NCBI RefSeq assembly: GCF_039654945.1
Contig: NW_027361676.1
Coordinates: 42,718,001 to 42,782,000 of the forward strand
Origin: Dendrobates tinctorius
Lineage: Eukaryota
Length of the DNA stretch: 64,000 nucleotides
Direction: 5' to 3'
The notes under the pieces are model-generated. The model was not told the DNA's origin. It did no database searches and saw only the letters and a program-made list of their open reading frames with translations. Positions 49,396 to 62,856 of the stretch are shown in pieces. The stretch's first letter is position 1, and each line of letters opens with the position of its first letter. The position numbers and the translations under genes are program-made.

Positions 49396-52300
49396 TCAAG
49401 GATACTTAAAGGAATGGTGAAAACGACAATTTTCATTTAAACCCCTCAGTGTCATTGTACCTAGGGTGACAATCCATCTGCACTCAAGCTGTGCCAGAGT
49501 GTGCTTCAAATTGCCACCTCTGATCCCACAATGGACCCGGTCAATCCCCCGTATGCACAATTCAGATGGATCGGAGTTATGACATAATCTAAAGTGCCTG
49601 GGGATTGTCTTCAGACCAGGGATATCAGTAGCATCTTTTGCTGCTTGAATATTCCTGACATGTTCACTGGTCCTAACCTGCAGTTCACGGGATGTCAGGC
49701 CCACATAAATCAAATTACAAGGGCATGTCACATAGTATACAACATACCGTGAACTGCAGGAAATGTAGGTAAGGATACGATATTCCTTACCACTACCTGA
49801 GGCCGCAAATGAGGAAGCCCGTACGATGTTACTAGAAGCCCGACATGAGCCACAAGGGTAGCAGCCCCAATGTTGTTTTTGTACTCCAAAAGGGTTAGGG
49901 GTGGCTGCCACATAGTGACTTTTGACTAATAGGTCCCTCAAATGTTTCCCCCTCCTTGCTGTTATGAGGGGGTAATCAGGTAAAATGTGGTTCAGAGAGG
50001 TATCTGTTTTGAGAATCGGTGAATGTTTTTGAAGGATCTGGCGCATATCTGTCCACTGGTTATTAAAGGTTGCAATGTACCTCAGTGGTTGATCTTTACT
50101 AGTACTGCGTTCAGACCCTCAGAGGAGTTGGCTACATGGAGTACCCTGGGCCCAGCGTAAACCTCTCTTAAAACACCTGCTACTATATCCACGCTCACTG
50201 AACCTGGAGCTAAGGTCATGAGACTGACCCTCAAAGGCCGCATCCGTGGAACACACCTTCCTCATATGTAGAAATTGTCTGGTAGGTATTGCTCGTATGT
50301 TTGAAGGGGTATGGGCAGAGTTTGTGTGCAACAAGGCATTGACCGCAGTGTCTTTGCTAAAAATGTCCGTCTGAATTCTGCCCTCCCCATCAACCAGAAT
50401 CTTTATATCCAGAAATTCCATAATTTTAGCATCAATCTTATGCGTTAGTCTAATGTTAATTGTATTCTGGTGGATGAAGTCCAGAAGGCAAGCCTTGGAC
50501 TCCTGCCAAATCAAAAAGATGTCATCAATGAACCGGTACCAGCACCGCGCATGGGATGTGGCCTGCACGCCGCCACCAAAAACCTCACGCTCCCAGAACC
50601 CCAAAAAGAGGTTTGCGTATGACGGCGCACAGGCCGCACCCATCACGGTACCCCTTTGTTGTAGATAGTACCGGTCCTTAAAGGTAAAATAGTTGTGTGT
50701 CAACACAAACTCCAAAAGCTTCAGGATCAGTGAGCGCAGGGCGGGTTCATAATTGCTCATGCCCAGAAAGAACTCCACCGCCATCAAACCATCTGAATGT
50801 CGAATGCTAGTATATAGCGATTCGACATCAATTGTAGCTAGGAGCATATCAGAATCTATACATAGGCCATCGATCTTCCTCAGGACGTCCGTAGTGTCTC
50901 TGACATGGGAGGGAAGCGACTCAACCAAGGATTGCAGGTAGTGGTCTATAAATTTACCAATAGAGTCGCATAATGCCAGAGACAATCGGACACCTTGGGG
51001 GTACCAAAGGATCTTTGTGTACCTTCGGTAATAAATAAAATATCGGGATCACCGGGTTTTCAACCATCAGACCATTGAATATTTTTTGGGGAATTATACC
51101 CTGTGTTAATGCCTCATCCAAGATTTTAAATAATTCTCCCTGAAACTTCTCGGTCAGATTAACAGACAACTGAGTGTATGCCTCACGGTCTCTCAGCTGT
51201 CGGAATGCCTCCCTTTCGAACATTCCTGATGGCCAAATGACCACATTCCCCCCCTTATCTGCTGGTTTGATAACAATATCCCTTAGACTACTAAGTTCCT
51301 TTGTTGCTTTTCGTTGTACAGGAGTAAGATTCTATCCCCTATTTCTAGGTAGATTCCTAAAGTCCTCAAGGACGAATTTGTTAAAGATATCCACCTGTGG
51401 ACAAATAGAAAAGGAGGGGAACGGTCATGCTGGATTATACAGATAAAATGCACTAGTTACCTTTTTTTCCTTAAGCTGTGGTGCTTAAAGATAGTTTTGC
51501 CCCCGGTGGCCATTAGGGTCATTGCACTGTGGTGGTTTCAGTTCTAGTTTTGTCCCCGGTGGCCATTAGGGTCATTGCACTGTGGTGGTTTCAGTTCTAG
51601 TTTTGCCCCCGGTGGCCGTTAGGATCATTGCACTCTGGTTTCTTTAGTTTAGTGCATGTGATTATAAAGCAGGTGTGATTGCTCTTGCTCTGCTATAAAA
51701 GAGTGTCAGGTGTTGCAAGCACTGTTGGTGATAGCGTCTTTTTGGGATTCCAACCACGGTGAAGGGAGCAGTTGGCTGAGTTGAGAAGCCACTGCAGAAA
51801 CCTGGTGAAGTTAGCAGCTGGCTTGAAGGTTGGAGCCACTGCTGAAACTGGTGTTGAACTCTGGCTGCCCGGTGTCCGCAGCAGAGTGAGATGGTGTAGG
51901 TGGCAGCTGGCTCTGAGGTGTCGAGCCACTGCGAAAAGTTAATCCGGTGATGCACTCTGCTGCCTGGTGCTGCAGCAGAGCAAGATAAGTCTTTGTGTTT
52001 CCCGTTTGTATTTTTCCCTGGTGTGTATTAGTACAGCGGTGGGGCCAGTGTCTTCACTACCCAGCTCCCTAGCAAGGGATAGGTGTAGGGTGTGCTAGGG
52101 TGACAGGTATCCTGATCGGCGCCTGGTGCGGAACCGGCCTAGGGATCATTAGGAGTGGAGGGACACTGACTCAGGGGAGTGCAGGAGGTCTCCACGTCCC
52201 CGTTCCCTATCGCAGGGCCCACCATTGTAACTGTTGCCCCTTTCCCCGTGTCTTGCTGTTTCAGTTACCGGACTGCGGGTCGCATCACACAGGACAGTTA

Positions 52301-53410
52301 CACGTGCCTTGTCTTGTTGTTTTAGTTACCTACTCTGCGGGTCGTGTCACACAGGACGGGTCCACCGTGACAGGAACGTGGCCGATTTGGGGAGGATAGA
52401 TGTAGGAAAGGTACCTGTATTAGAAGGAGGCACGCCCGTCTCCAGTTCCTCCAGGATAGTTAAAGCTTCTTGTTCTTGGATGGTAGGTGAATCCTCACAG
52501 CCCTCAGGTTTAAGATGTATTTTACGCTAAATCACTTTCCTTAAAAAAGTTGCAAATCCTTCATTGCTGAGAAAAAGTCAAAAGAGTTAGCAGGCACAAA
52601 TGATAAGCCCTTACTTAAAACCTCTAAATGAGGCTGTAAGAGGATATGGTTGGATAAATTTATTACCTCTAAGGTATTTTTAGATTTCTTCTCCAGTGAT
52701 TGTGATGGAGTAAGTTTTCTTTTGTATTGTCCTTTGCCCTTTCTAGGGCCTGATTTCACATTTCCCAATCTTTCATTCAAAAGAGATGGGAACGAGGGCC
52801 CAACCGGTCCCTCCTCTTCTATAGAGGTTGCTGATTAAAATGAGTTACTTTGGGTTTTAGAGGTCCCCCTGACAGGCACCTGTTTCTTCCTTCATTTATA
52901 CACTCGATCATTAGAATAATTGGCCACATCTCTATTTTTTAGTGTTTGAGGTCACAATATCCTTCTCCCATCTAGTGAAGTCATCCTCCAGATCCTTATT
53001 CAGTTTAGTAAGGGCTTCAGTTGTCAATTTGTCTTTTAAACTACTCTGGAGAGAACCAATTTCAATCTCCAGTTCTTTGAGTATTTTATCATTCAATTTA
53101 ATCAAAAGACCCATGAAGCCTCTTGAACAATTGGAGGACAATTCCTCCCTTTGTTTTTTAAAAATGTCATCCGCAGTAGAAAAGGAAGGAAAGACTTGTA
53201 CCCGAAGTCCCCTAGGTATCAGGCCTTTGTCTATGTATCGCTCCAAAAACGATTTATTCCACCATAGCCTGTTTGTTTTTAATTTAAAAGTTGTTTTAAT
53301 TTAAAAATTAGATCCTCAGTTTCTCTTGATTTAACAGCCATATTCTGGTCATCACCAAATACCTCATTTAGTTTTGTAAGCTACGCTTTTTTGCGGATCT
53401 TATGATCCAT
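49396..53410 (-). pseudogene. Penelope RT plus GIY-YIG endonuclease ORF, fragmented and interrupted by an LTR
   Basis: VINLS, LSKGLSF, FYLLPKVHK, DVESLYTSI, GTVMGAACAPSYANLF, RFIDDIF, CYPCGSC linker, VVYYVTCPCNLIYVGLTSR. Confidence 0.92.
51423..52372. mobile_element. Solo LTR inserted in the Penelope ORF; contains a 53-bp tandem repeat (51493-51642)
   Basis: 5-bp TSD GGAAC at 51418-51422 and 52373-52377. Ends CGTGACA. Removing it restores the reading LPKSATFPSFSICPQVDIF. Confidence 0.85.
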
Positions 53411-54095
53411 ATGATCAGGTAGAAAAGCTGTGAATATACACAGAAGAATAATTATTTTAACACCAGGTTTCATACCTATAATTGATCATCACATTAAGTC
53501 AAAAAGTATGTAAATGAGCAACTCCTTAATACAACAAAACCAAAAAAAGACACGAGTTCACAAAAATGCCCAATTTCAAAGGTGTTTTTTTCAAAAAATC
53601 ACACAAAAACAGTTTTTTTGTGCAAAAAAATGTATAATTATTTATTAATATAAAAAAGCACATGTAAATACAAAACCAGTGAGTATATGGACGACTGAGC
53701 AGCAAAACCACCCGACACAGAGTACAACAATATTTATCAAACTTGCTGCTATGAGAGTTTTTAATGTTTACAGGGATATAAGGACGAGTATGATCTATAC
53801 TAATTGCCACTATCTCCCATTATACTATTTATCTGCCCTTTTTATATATGGCCGCTTCAGGTGGCGCATGCACTGTACGCGCGCCTGCCGTGCCATGAAA
53901 GGCATCCATACGGTGCCGGAGCTCATTGGGTTTCCATGGATGCTATGACGCGCGTTGACTTCCGAGATGGCCGGAAATGACGCGGTGGGGACACCGCATC
54001 CACCGTGCATGCGCCGCCATGATGGCCGCGCACATCAGGCACTCTTCAATTTATGCCCGTATAAAAGGCTCCTGGCCCATAACATAGGCCACAAA

Positions 54096-54135
54096 GCCCC
54101 CCGAGGGAAGTCCTTAGTGCGAAACGGGTCAGGGC
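54096..54135 (+). ncRNA. Degenerate hammerhead motif in the Penelope pseudo-LTR
   Basis: GCCCC-CCGAGGGA-AGTCCTTAGTGC-GAAAC-GG-GTC-AGGGC, downstream of TATAAAA at 54060. The core is mutated. Confidence 0.4.
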
Positions 54136-56522
54136 GGAGCCAGCGCCACTTTACCCCCCCACATGGGTAAGATATTTGGTGCACTTATACTGTTAGTGTG
54201 ATCACTGGGCATAGCTGCAATATATAGGACAGACAGGGCACTTACTTTTGGCTGGTGCTGTTAGTGTGTGAAGGGAGACTCTTTTTCCCAGTGACAGATA
54301 AAATATGTTGTTTTCACACTGTCCCTGTATAACTTTGGCACTTTATAAGATACACAGGTGTTTTATTTAAGCACTTGCTTATAGGACAGATAGGGCAGTT
54401 GCCTTCTTATTTTTGAAAGGTGACATTAACGTGTGAGGAGAGACTTTTTGCTTCTAGCTGCTGACAACAATAGGATGTTTACACACTATTTTTGTATGAC
54501 TTTGGCACTTTAATAGGTGCACAGGTGTTTTATTATAAAATACTTGCTCATAGCCCTGTACTTTATGTCCCGTTCTAGACCCTGCTCTTTGGTCATCCGT
54601 TTATACGGTATTTTGTTGTACTCTGTGTCGGGTGGTTTTGCTGCTCAGTCGTCCACCTTATATATACGCACTGGTTTTGTATTTACATGTGCTTTTATAT
54701 AGTAATAAATAATTATACTTTTTTTGCACAAAAAAACTGTTTTGTGTGATTTTTTAAAAAAAAAACACCGTTGAAATTGGGCATTTTTGTGAACTCATGT
54801 GGCTTTTTTAGGTTTTGTTGTATAAAGGAGATGCTCGTTTACACACTTTTTGAATTAATGCGATGATCAATTATAGGTATGAAACATGGTGTTAAAATAA
54901 ATGCAGATGCAGCACGTGAGCAACAGTTCAAGTAACCACAGCAAACAGGAAGATAATAGAAGTTTATATGCTGCAAGCAAAGTCTGTATTTATACAAATA
55001 AACGTAGGTGTAGCACATGAGCAACAGTTCAAGTAAACACAGCAAACAGGATAATATTAGAAGAAGTTCATATGCAGCACTGCTGCAAGCAAATTCTCAT
55101 GGGCGAGGCACACACTGGGACATGCTGATCAGAAGACACAGTTCACAACAGGGCTTGCACTCTCAGAATAAGAGTCCCGGAAACAGTGCAGAGCTGAGAG
55201 TCCAGAACAGTCAAATATACTGGCACTGAATACCAACGAGATTGGCTGAAGTGGGCTGAGCTTACGTGTCCTAAGCAGGCAGGCTGAAGCAGATGCAGAG
55301 AAACACAGACACACAGCTTGTAGCACAAGCACCACTGCGAGCTGGGAAGGTTTGCTGGAAAGGGTGAGCCAGATACTCTGGAGAGAATCAGTCTCTTGCA
55401 ACACAAAGCCAGGAATTCGAGCAGAATACACAAGCAGGGACTGGGACGATAACCAGGGTTATAAAGACAGGGAAGGTGGAACATATGAGCAGAAGCGATG
55501 CAGCAGGCGCCATCTTGGAAAAGGGCAATAATGCACCACAGATGAAAAAGGGAATCCAGAGTCCTGACACAACAGGTGCACAAATTTCCAGCCAGAGGAC
55601 AGTTTTGGAGGATGAGGAGGATGAAGAACACCTGTTTTCACAGCAGGGTGGCATAGAAAGCAGCTCATGGGTATCACTGGAGTGTGGCTGAAGGGATACA
55701 GATGATACATAGGACCCAGACAATACACCTCTCACTGAGCGCAGCTTGTCATTGCCTGTGGGCAGCTTGGGAGCCATACTGCTACAGGCAACACACATGA
55801 AGGAGACACAACTTGGTGTCCAAACATTTCCAAAAATTAAGGGCAGACACCAATACAGTTGCATCAATTTCTCCAAAGTAGAAAGAGTATAATGGGGTTC
55901 TAACTCCCCCCTTCCACTACAGGCAACCAATCACATGAAGACATAACTTGGAGTCTCCACATTTCCAAAAATTGTTTGTAACATCAGCAGCAGTAGCAAT
56001 AGCAGGCACAAAAGCCATGACAAAGATGTTGCAGACTGCAATAACATGAAATCAATGCAGCACGCTAAAACCTACACCATCACCTACTCTGCCCTGTCTG
56101 CAACTGGGGTGCAAAAGTCATTGGAGATCCATGACTTGTTCATCTTGATGAAAGTTAGGCAGTATACACTTTCAAGGGAGAGCTGGATGCACTTATCCAT
56201 CAGAAAACCATCAGCAGTGCTGGAAACAGGTTCTGACAGAAGGCTGGCTGATGGGCATGAAAAAACCTCCAAAGCATGACAGACGAGCTCAGGCCACTCT
56301 TCCATTCTTGAAGACCAAAATGCAAGAGGGTCCAAACTACTCTGATGAAATGGATATTGAGATTGAGATACTATTGCTCCATCCTCTCCAGTCATTTACC
56401 ATGTCAGACAGTACTCTGTTCTGTTGGTGCACAGGATGGTCTAAGAAATGTGTGAAACGACTTAGAGAAATTGCTTCTGCCACTTACTCTACTGCTGCTG
56501 CTAATGTTTTTGCATTGATGAC

Positions 56523-57937
56523 TAGAGATGAGCGACCGTTAGGCGTCAGGTTCCTGCAACTGAACAGCAGGAATCCAGAGCCTTGTATTCAGCGGTCTCC
56601 CATTCTCCACCGACTGCTCAGGAGCCTGTACAGCAATCCTGGCATTCCAGCCGCTCTGCTCAGGTCAGCTCTGCTGGTTTGGCTGTTGCTGCCACCTCTG
56701 GGCAAGCAATAGCAGCGCAGACTGCTCAGCAGCAAGCCACTCCAGAGACTAAGTCCTCCCGTCACTCTACTGGGCATGCTCATGAGACGATCTCCCATTG
56801 GAGATCGAGAGTCACATGCCCAGGTCCTTCTCGTGATCTGATTGGTCCATCTCAGGGATCTGGAAGCCTCCGGAAGGTCCCGGCTATAAAAGGTTCGGCC
56901 ATGCGCTAGTATAGTCTCTAGTTGCTAACTGTGTGAATGATGATGGATGCATGTACCTGCGAATTACTCATTAAGATCCCCTCCCTCTGATATTACGAGT
57001 GTGCATAGGGACTTAGCTTTAGAGTCTACGCCAGCCAGTGGCAAGCTACAAGCCACATTAGCATCCTCCACAGTGCTAGCGTCCGACAGTGCGCCAGCAA
57101 CCGGCCATTGTCGATTAGCGGCAGTGTCTCTCGCCACGCTGCAGTCTGCAGCTCCTCTTGGCATCCGCAGTAGCGACGCCGCACGCACGGTAGGTCTAGA
57201 CGGACGCTGACCCCTCTGCCTAGAGCCCAGCTCCTGTGACCATATACCGTGCGTGCACTTCTCTGACCTGTGATGTTAACAGGTTCAGCCTTTTGTGTCA
57301 TTATTTAGGCATCTCTTGTGAATATAACAGTGATCGCTCAGTGCACCCGGGTGACGTTCAAACCGCGTGCGTTATACCGCCATATTGTATGTCCGCCATT
57401 ACCTAGCAGCAGTGTTAACACCTTCTGCACAGTGGACCCCGGGCGGCGAACGCACTTAACGTTATTTTATATTTAGTGCGTTCCGCCGTCCCTAACAGCG
57501 ACTTTGCCTTTTTTAGGGTCGAGTTGGGTTTCATGAAACCTGACTTTCTCAAAAGTCTAGTCGAACAAAATCGGCTGACTATCGGGAAAAGTCGAAGGTC
57601 CGACTGAAACACGAAACCCAATGCAAGTCAATGGGGAAGCAAAGTCGGCAGGGAGTGGAGGACAGTAAACACACCTACATGCCGGACCGCTTTTTCTCTC
57701 TCTCTCTCTCTCTCTCTCCCCGGACGCTGCACATGTCATCTCATTGCCCACAGTGTACATCCTTGCTCAATGGCTGAAAAAAGTCACATGAAAGCATTCT
57801 GGGAAATCCGACTTTGGCGCTCGTTTTGCCGACCGCATGGCCGAGTTCATGCTGTGGTCGGGTTTCGGTCGGCGAAACCCGACTTTGCTATAAGTCGTCG
57901 ACTTATGAATCTGGCTGACCTGTTTCGCTCAACTCTA
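56523..57937. mobile_element. hAT MITE with 8-bp TSD
   Basis: TTGATGAC|TAGAGATGAGCGA ... TCGCTCAACTCTA|TTGATGAC. Confidence 0.92.
56537..57497. mobile_element. Solo LTR nested at the MITE's left TIR
   Basis: 5-bp TSD GCGAC at 56532-56536 and 57498-57502. Termini CGTTAGG...CCTAACA. Confidence 0.85.
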
Positions 57938-60099
57938 TTGATGACTCCACGCTCCTTTGGTTGGAAATCTATAACTGTGATGCACACTGTGTGCCTCACT
58001 ACTGTTTTGTTGAAAATCACTCTTAAGATTGTCTACAAGCGTGTTTCAGTATTCCAGCCTGCGTGCGTCCCTTTCAAGGGGGAGGAAGCATCTATCAAAA
58101 TTTACTCTTTTACTGTACTGCTGCCATTGAGGTGAGCACTAGCATTTGCAGCTGGCTCTGCTGCCATTGAGATGATCTAAGCACAGTGCCTGAAGATCTG
58201 CTAGGAGTGCACACACCCCGGGCAGGCCCTGAAGGATCAGGACAGGAGCCTTGGTGGTGAGTATGCCGATGTTTCTGCAGAGAGAGAGGGACTGCAGGCA
58301 GAGATGCGGGCGCTTCACCTAGGTATTTAGTAGTTTAGTTCTCAAACCCATGTGTTCTAGTAGTTTGGTTCTTCATCCCCTTGTGTGTAGTAGTTTAGTT
58401 ATCCATCACCAAGTGCCCTGAAAGACTTGGGGATTCCAAGACTTGTGGAGCAGACCCTTCCCTGCTTGCCCCCACAGCCACCAGAGTCACCCAGTGCCCA
58501 GTCACCGAGATGTAATGCCCCTGGCCATGCTTGCTCATCCAGGTGTCAGTAGTGAAATGCACCCTGGCAGACATAGAGTTTATCAAGAAATGACTGATGT
58601 TGCCTGCCTGCAACATGCTGATGTAGTGCAGGCACAGCTTTCTTAGAGAAGTAATGGCAACTGGTACTGGGGATTACGACAGCCATCAGCTTTCGGAAAC
58701 CATCTGTATACACCAGGCAGAAAGGCAGCATTTCTGTGACCAACACATTGGAGATAATGAAGTTCAAGCTCTTAGTTTTGGCATATGTAGGAGGAAACAA
58801 TCTTTTACGTGAGCACAACTGCGGGACCAAGTGCTGGCTGCTGTGCTGAGAGAGTGTGGAGTAAGGTGAACACGACAAACTGCTGGACTGTGAATGAGTT
58901 GAAGGCATAGATGTTAAGGTGGATTGAGAAAGATGTGATGTTTTCGGTGTCTGGGATCGGTCAAAAACAGCACGCATGTCCACTTTTGTAACACCCGACA
59001 GACTTTCACTCACCCCGACTGTAGCGGGTAAACAATTGGAGGTTCAGTGGCCGGAAACCTGCATGACAACACTTGCCATGGTGAGGATGAAGCAGAAGAT
59101 GTGGCTGATGGGGTGGCCGATGGTTGGGGAGGCCTGCTGGTCACATTTTAGAGCAGTGAGATTCCCAGACTAATACATGTTGATCGCGCATGTGAATGTA
59201 GTAGTCAAATTATTGAAATTTTTGCCTCTAACGAGTCTTTATTCACAAAGTTGGCAGATAATATGAGTTGGGTAATCCTTTTCAGTATCAAAAAAGCCCA
59301 GGGTAGGCAACCATTGCCGTCCATGCGAATTGCAGACCTGAGACTGCTGCTGATCACAGCCAGAGTTGTAGCGGAGGATGCTGTGCTTGTCATGGTTGCA
59401 TCACTCCTTGTCTATGCAGGAAGCCACAATGTAACCTCCTCGTCTTCCTCCTCATCCACCTTCTCTGCTGAGTTTCTCAGCTGCATGCCTCTGGGTTCAC
59501 ACCAAGTGGTATCTATAAACTCATCATCATCCTCTCTGTTCTCCCACTCATCGCCCTGAGAGTCACCTTCCTCCTTTTCCTGCCGTGACAGCAGCACAGT
59601 CCGTGTGCGCCTCAGATATTTGAGTCTCATGAGAATCACCTCCACCCCCGGGGATTAACATTGGTGATGAGGGTCTGGATTCTGCTTGGACCCTACCTTG
59701 CCCGGCCCTGGATCCAACTGAAAAAATTTTGAGCATCGGTGCAGATGCTTTCCTCCTCATGAGTCTGTGAAGCTTTGGAGTATACCTCTGATGCTCATGG
59801 AATAGAAAATGCAAACAGCTCTGCAGATTCCCTCATTTGTGGTTCCCCATGGTCAGTTGGGCAGTATGAGAGTAATTGGGGTGCTACCTCTGAAGACTGT
59901 ACTGTATGTGATGCTAAAGTGGAGGAAGAGGAGATGAGGCCACTTTATGTAGCGCTTGCCATGCACTAGAGCGCATGCTTTTTCTGGCACTCATCAACAA
60001 GGTGTAGATGAGGGTAACCCAAAAGCTCGCTTCCTTGGGGTAACCCTGGAATCCTTCAAAACACATACCTATGCCCTTTCCAATCCCTGATGACTACAA

Positions 60100-60620
60100 C
60101 TCAAAAATATTTCCCAGATCCATACATTCCTTAATCAAGAATCTGCAAAAATCCTAGTCCATGCACTCATCATCTTCTGCCTCAACTACTGCAACCTCCT
60201 GCTTTGTGTCCTCCCTTCTAACAGTCTTGCACACCTGCAATCTATCTTAAACTCTGCCGCCTGACTAATCCACCTATCCCCCTGCTATTCCCTTGCCTCT
60301 CCTCTCTGTCATTCTCTTTAATGGCTCCCCATTACCCAGACACTCCAGATCATAACCCTAACAATGGCATACAAAGCCATCTATAGCCTGTCTCCTCCAT
60401 ACAGTACTTATCTACACACAACCTCTGATCCTCACAAGATCTCCTTCTCTACTCCTCACTTATCTCCTGTTCACACAATCGCATACAAGATTCCTCCCTC
60501 GCATCTCCTTTACTCTGGATCTCTGTAGCCCAACATATCAGACTCTCACCTACCATGGAAACCTTCAAAAGAAACCTGAAGAACCACCTCTTTTGACAAG
60601 CCTACGACCTACAGTATCCA
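60100..60620 (+). mobile_element. L2 LINE 3' fragment
   Basis: Degenerate KILVHALII..LNYCNLLL..LP...LQSILNSAA.LI and FKRNLK.HLF, typical of the L2 ORF2 C-terminus. Confidence 0.75.
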
Positions 60621-61269
60621 TTGTTCCACCATAATGCTGAACGACCAGCTCTACCAGTCTCCTTCATGTGTGTTGCCTGTAGCAGTAGGGCTCTCAGACC
60701 AACAAGCCTGCACTTATTTTCAGTCAACTACTTGTGTTACTATCCTTAATTGTTTTTAACAATAGTAGTCTACAAAGGTGATATTTGTGCCACATGAGTG
60801 TGGCTGAGCAGAAAAGCAGTTTGAGCTATTGCATGAGGTATCAGGGCTCCCAGCACTGCATTGCTACTCCGGTCCATCACCCACCTCTTAATTTGAACTT
60901 AAATTCAAAGCTTTAAATACTGGCCCGGATCCTGACTCATAAATGGCCCATGCTGGAATGCTGCCATTATATTATTTATACTTTGGGTCAATTGATGCCA
61001 CTTTTCCCGATGTCTGCCCCTAATTTTTGGAAATGTTTGGACTTCAAGTTGGGTTTCCTTCATGTGCGTGGTCTGAATTTGGCAAGGATCTTAAGCACCA
61101 GGCCTACACATGTCACTTATTCACCTGTTACTGCTAAATGTTTAAGCTAGAAATGCTGGTCCAAGCCCAGTCCCATGCATCCATGCAGCACAATTATACT
61201 ATTTGTACTCTGGGTCCATTTATGTCACTTTTCCTGGTGTCTACCTCATATTTGAGCTGTTTTGGTCGA

Positions 61270-61410
61270 TTTTTGGCCTCACTGAAGGTGTTGTATATGC
61301 GTTTGGTTTTGCATCCCATTGAATTCAATAGGGTTTGGATATGTTCGACGAACTGCACAGCGAACATCTAGTCTGAACCGAACAGAACCTTGAAAGGTTC
61401 ACTTATCTCT
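61270..61410. mobile_element. hAT MITE right-end remnant
   Basis: CCCATTGAATTCAATAGGG hairpin and terminus GTTCACTTATCTCTA. Confidence 0.5.
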
Positions 61411-62194
61411 ACTCCCAGAGGTTTTCTTTGTACAGTACAAACAGAGGCATTTTGGTGCAGTACTACCAGAGGTTTTTTGTTGTAGTACAAACATAGGCCT
61501 TTTTGGTACATTACTCCAAGAGGATTTTTAGCACAGTACACACAGTGTCTTTTTTGAATCATTACTTCCAAAAAAACATGGCTGCAAAGTAGAAAACTTT
61601 TTTGAAAACAAGACACATCAATAGAATAAAATATTTTTTTCTGCCCACAAATGGGAAAGAGAAGGCTACATAGTAGAAATTTTTCTTTGGAACACTGCTC
61701 TCAAAAAAATGACTGCAGATAGAAATTTTTATTTAGAAACATTACTCGTATAGACACAGCGGTAGAAAAAAAGAATCTTTTCGGCCCACAAATGGGAAAG
61801 AGATAGCTGCATGGTAGAAATCCTTTTTAGAAACACTACCACTTCACGTATACGAAGGGCAGATAAGCCATACTGTCTCACACCTTAATCTACTTCTGCA
61901 ATATTTGGTTTTGAACATGAATATGAAAATTCTCACAGGGCTTGCGGTGATCTCATCGAGGTCACATTTAAGTGAGCCTTGGAACGTACCTTCAGTAACC
62001 ATCCGTAACCTATATTATGTCACCACTCCTGGATTTCAGCCTGCACAGCCGCATCAGGTTGTAGACCAGATATTGCAGAGATGGATTATGCGGTTGGACA
62101 GTATGGCTTATCTTCAATTCGGACATGTGAGGGATATGGCTGTTCATTATTTTTGCTTTTTACAGGGTTCATGGGCATCTGTGGATTAGGCTAA

Positions 62195-62856
62195 AGGCCC
62201 CGTCACACTAAGCGATCTCGATAGCGAGATCACTGCTGAGTCACAACTTTTGTGACGTAACAGCGATCTCACCAGCGAGATCGCTGTGTGTGACAGCGAT
62301 CAGCAAGCGCCCCCCCTGCCAGTATCACTGATCGCTGGAAGAAACCTCTGGACATTTCTTTGGTCGCTGGTCTCCCGCTGGTCAGCATGCATCGCTGTGT
62401 GTGACAGGCGGGAGACCAGCGATCTGGTGTAAAAAATAATAAAAAAAATAAAAAATATAGTTATTCTCACCTTCTGACGTCCCGTTCAGCCATCCTGCCT
62501 CTCTCCACGCTCCGGTCCCAGTGATCCTTTGCACGAATGACTGCGAGACTTTGTTATCCCTCGAGACCGTGACATCTCGTGGTCATTCTCGCAAAGGATC
62601 ACTGGGACCGGAGCGTGGAGAGAGGCAGGATGGCTGAACGGGACGTCGGAAGGAGAGAATAACTATATTTTTTATTTTGATTCTATTTTTTGCAGGGATG
62701 GCCAGTGATGCCGGGCGCTCGGCATCGCTGTGCTGATTGCTGGTGAAGCTGTCTGTGTGACAGCTCACCAGCGATCACATAGCGACTTACTAGCGATCCT
62801 GACACCTTGATATCGGTGTCGGGATCGCTGGTAAGTCGCTTAGTGTGATGGGGCCT
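62195..62856. mobile_element. PIF/Harbinger MITE with long internal hairpin
   Basis: TAA|AGGCCCCGTCACACTAAGCGA ... TCGCTTAGTGTGATGGGGCCT|TAA. Internal stem ~62455-62670. Confidence 0.92.

Larger units (their letters stand above)
49321..54900 (-). mobile_element. Penelope-like element (Neptune-type) with inverted pseudo-LTR
   Basis: RT and GIY-YIG fragments. Inverted repeat 53452-53735 / 54608-54900. Hammerhead-like motif at 54096-54135. Confidence 0.9.
56084..59970 (-). pseudogene. Degenerate hAT (Ac/ZBED-like) transposase, internally deleted and interrupted
   Basis: LVTEMLPF..GFRKLM, VHFTTDTWMSKHGQGHYISVTGHW, and dimerisation domain DPLAFW..WPEL..ALEVFSCPSAS..LTFIKMN. Confidence 0.8.

Noticed and set aside
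56084-59013. Domesticated ZBED host gene
   Set aside because: Multiple frameshifts, a large internal deletion and nested insertions indicate a dead transposase.
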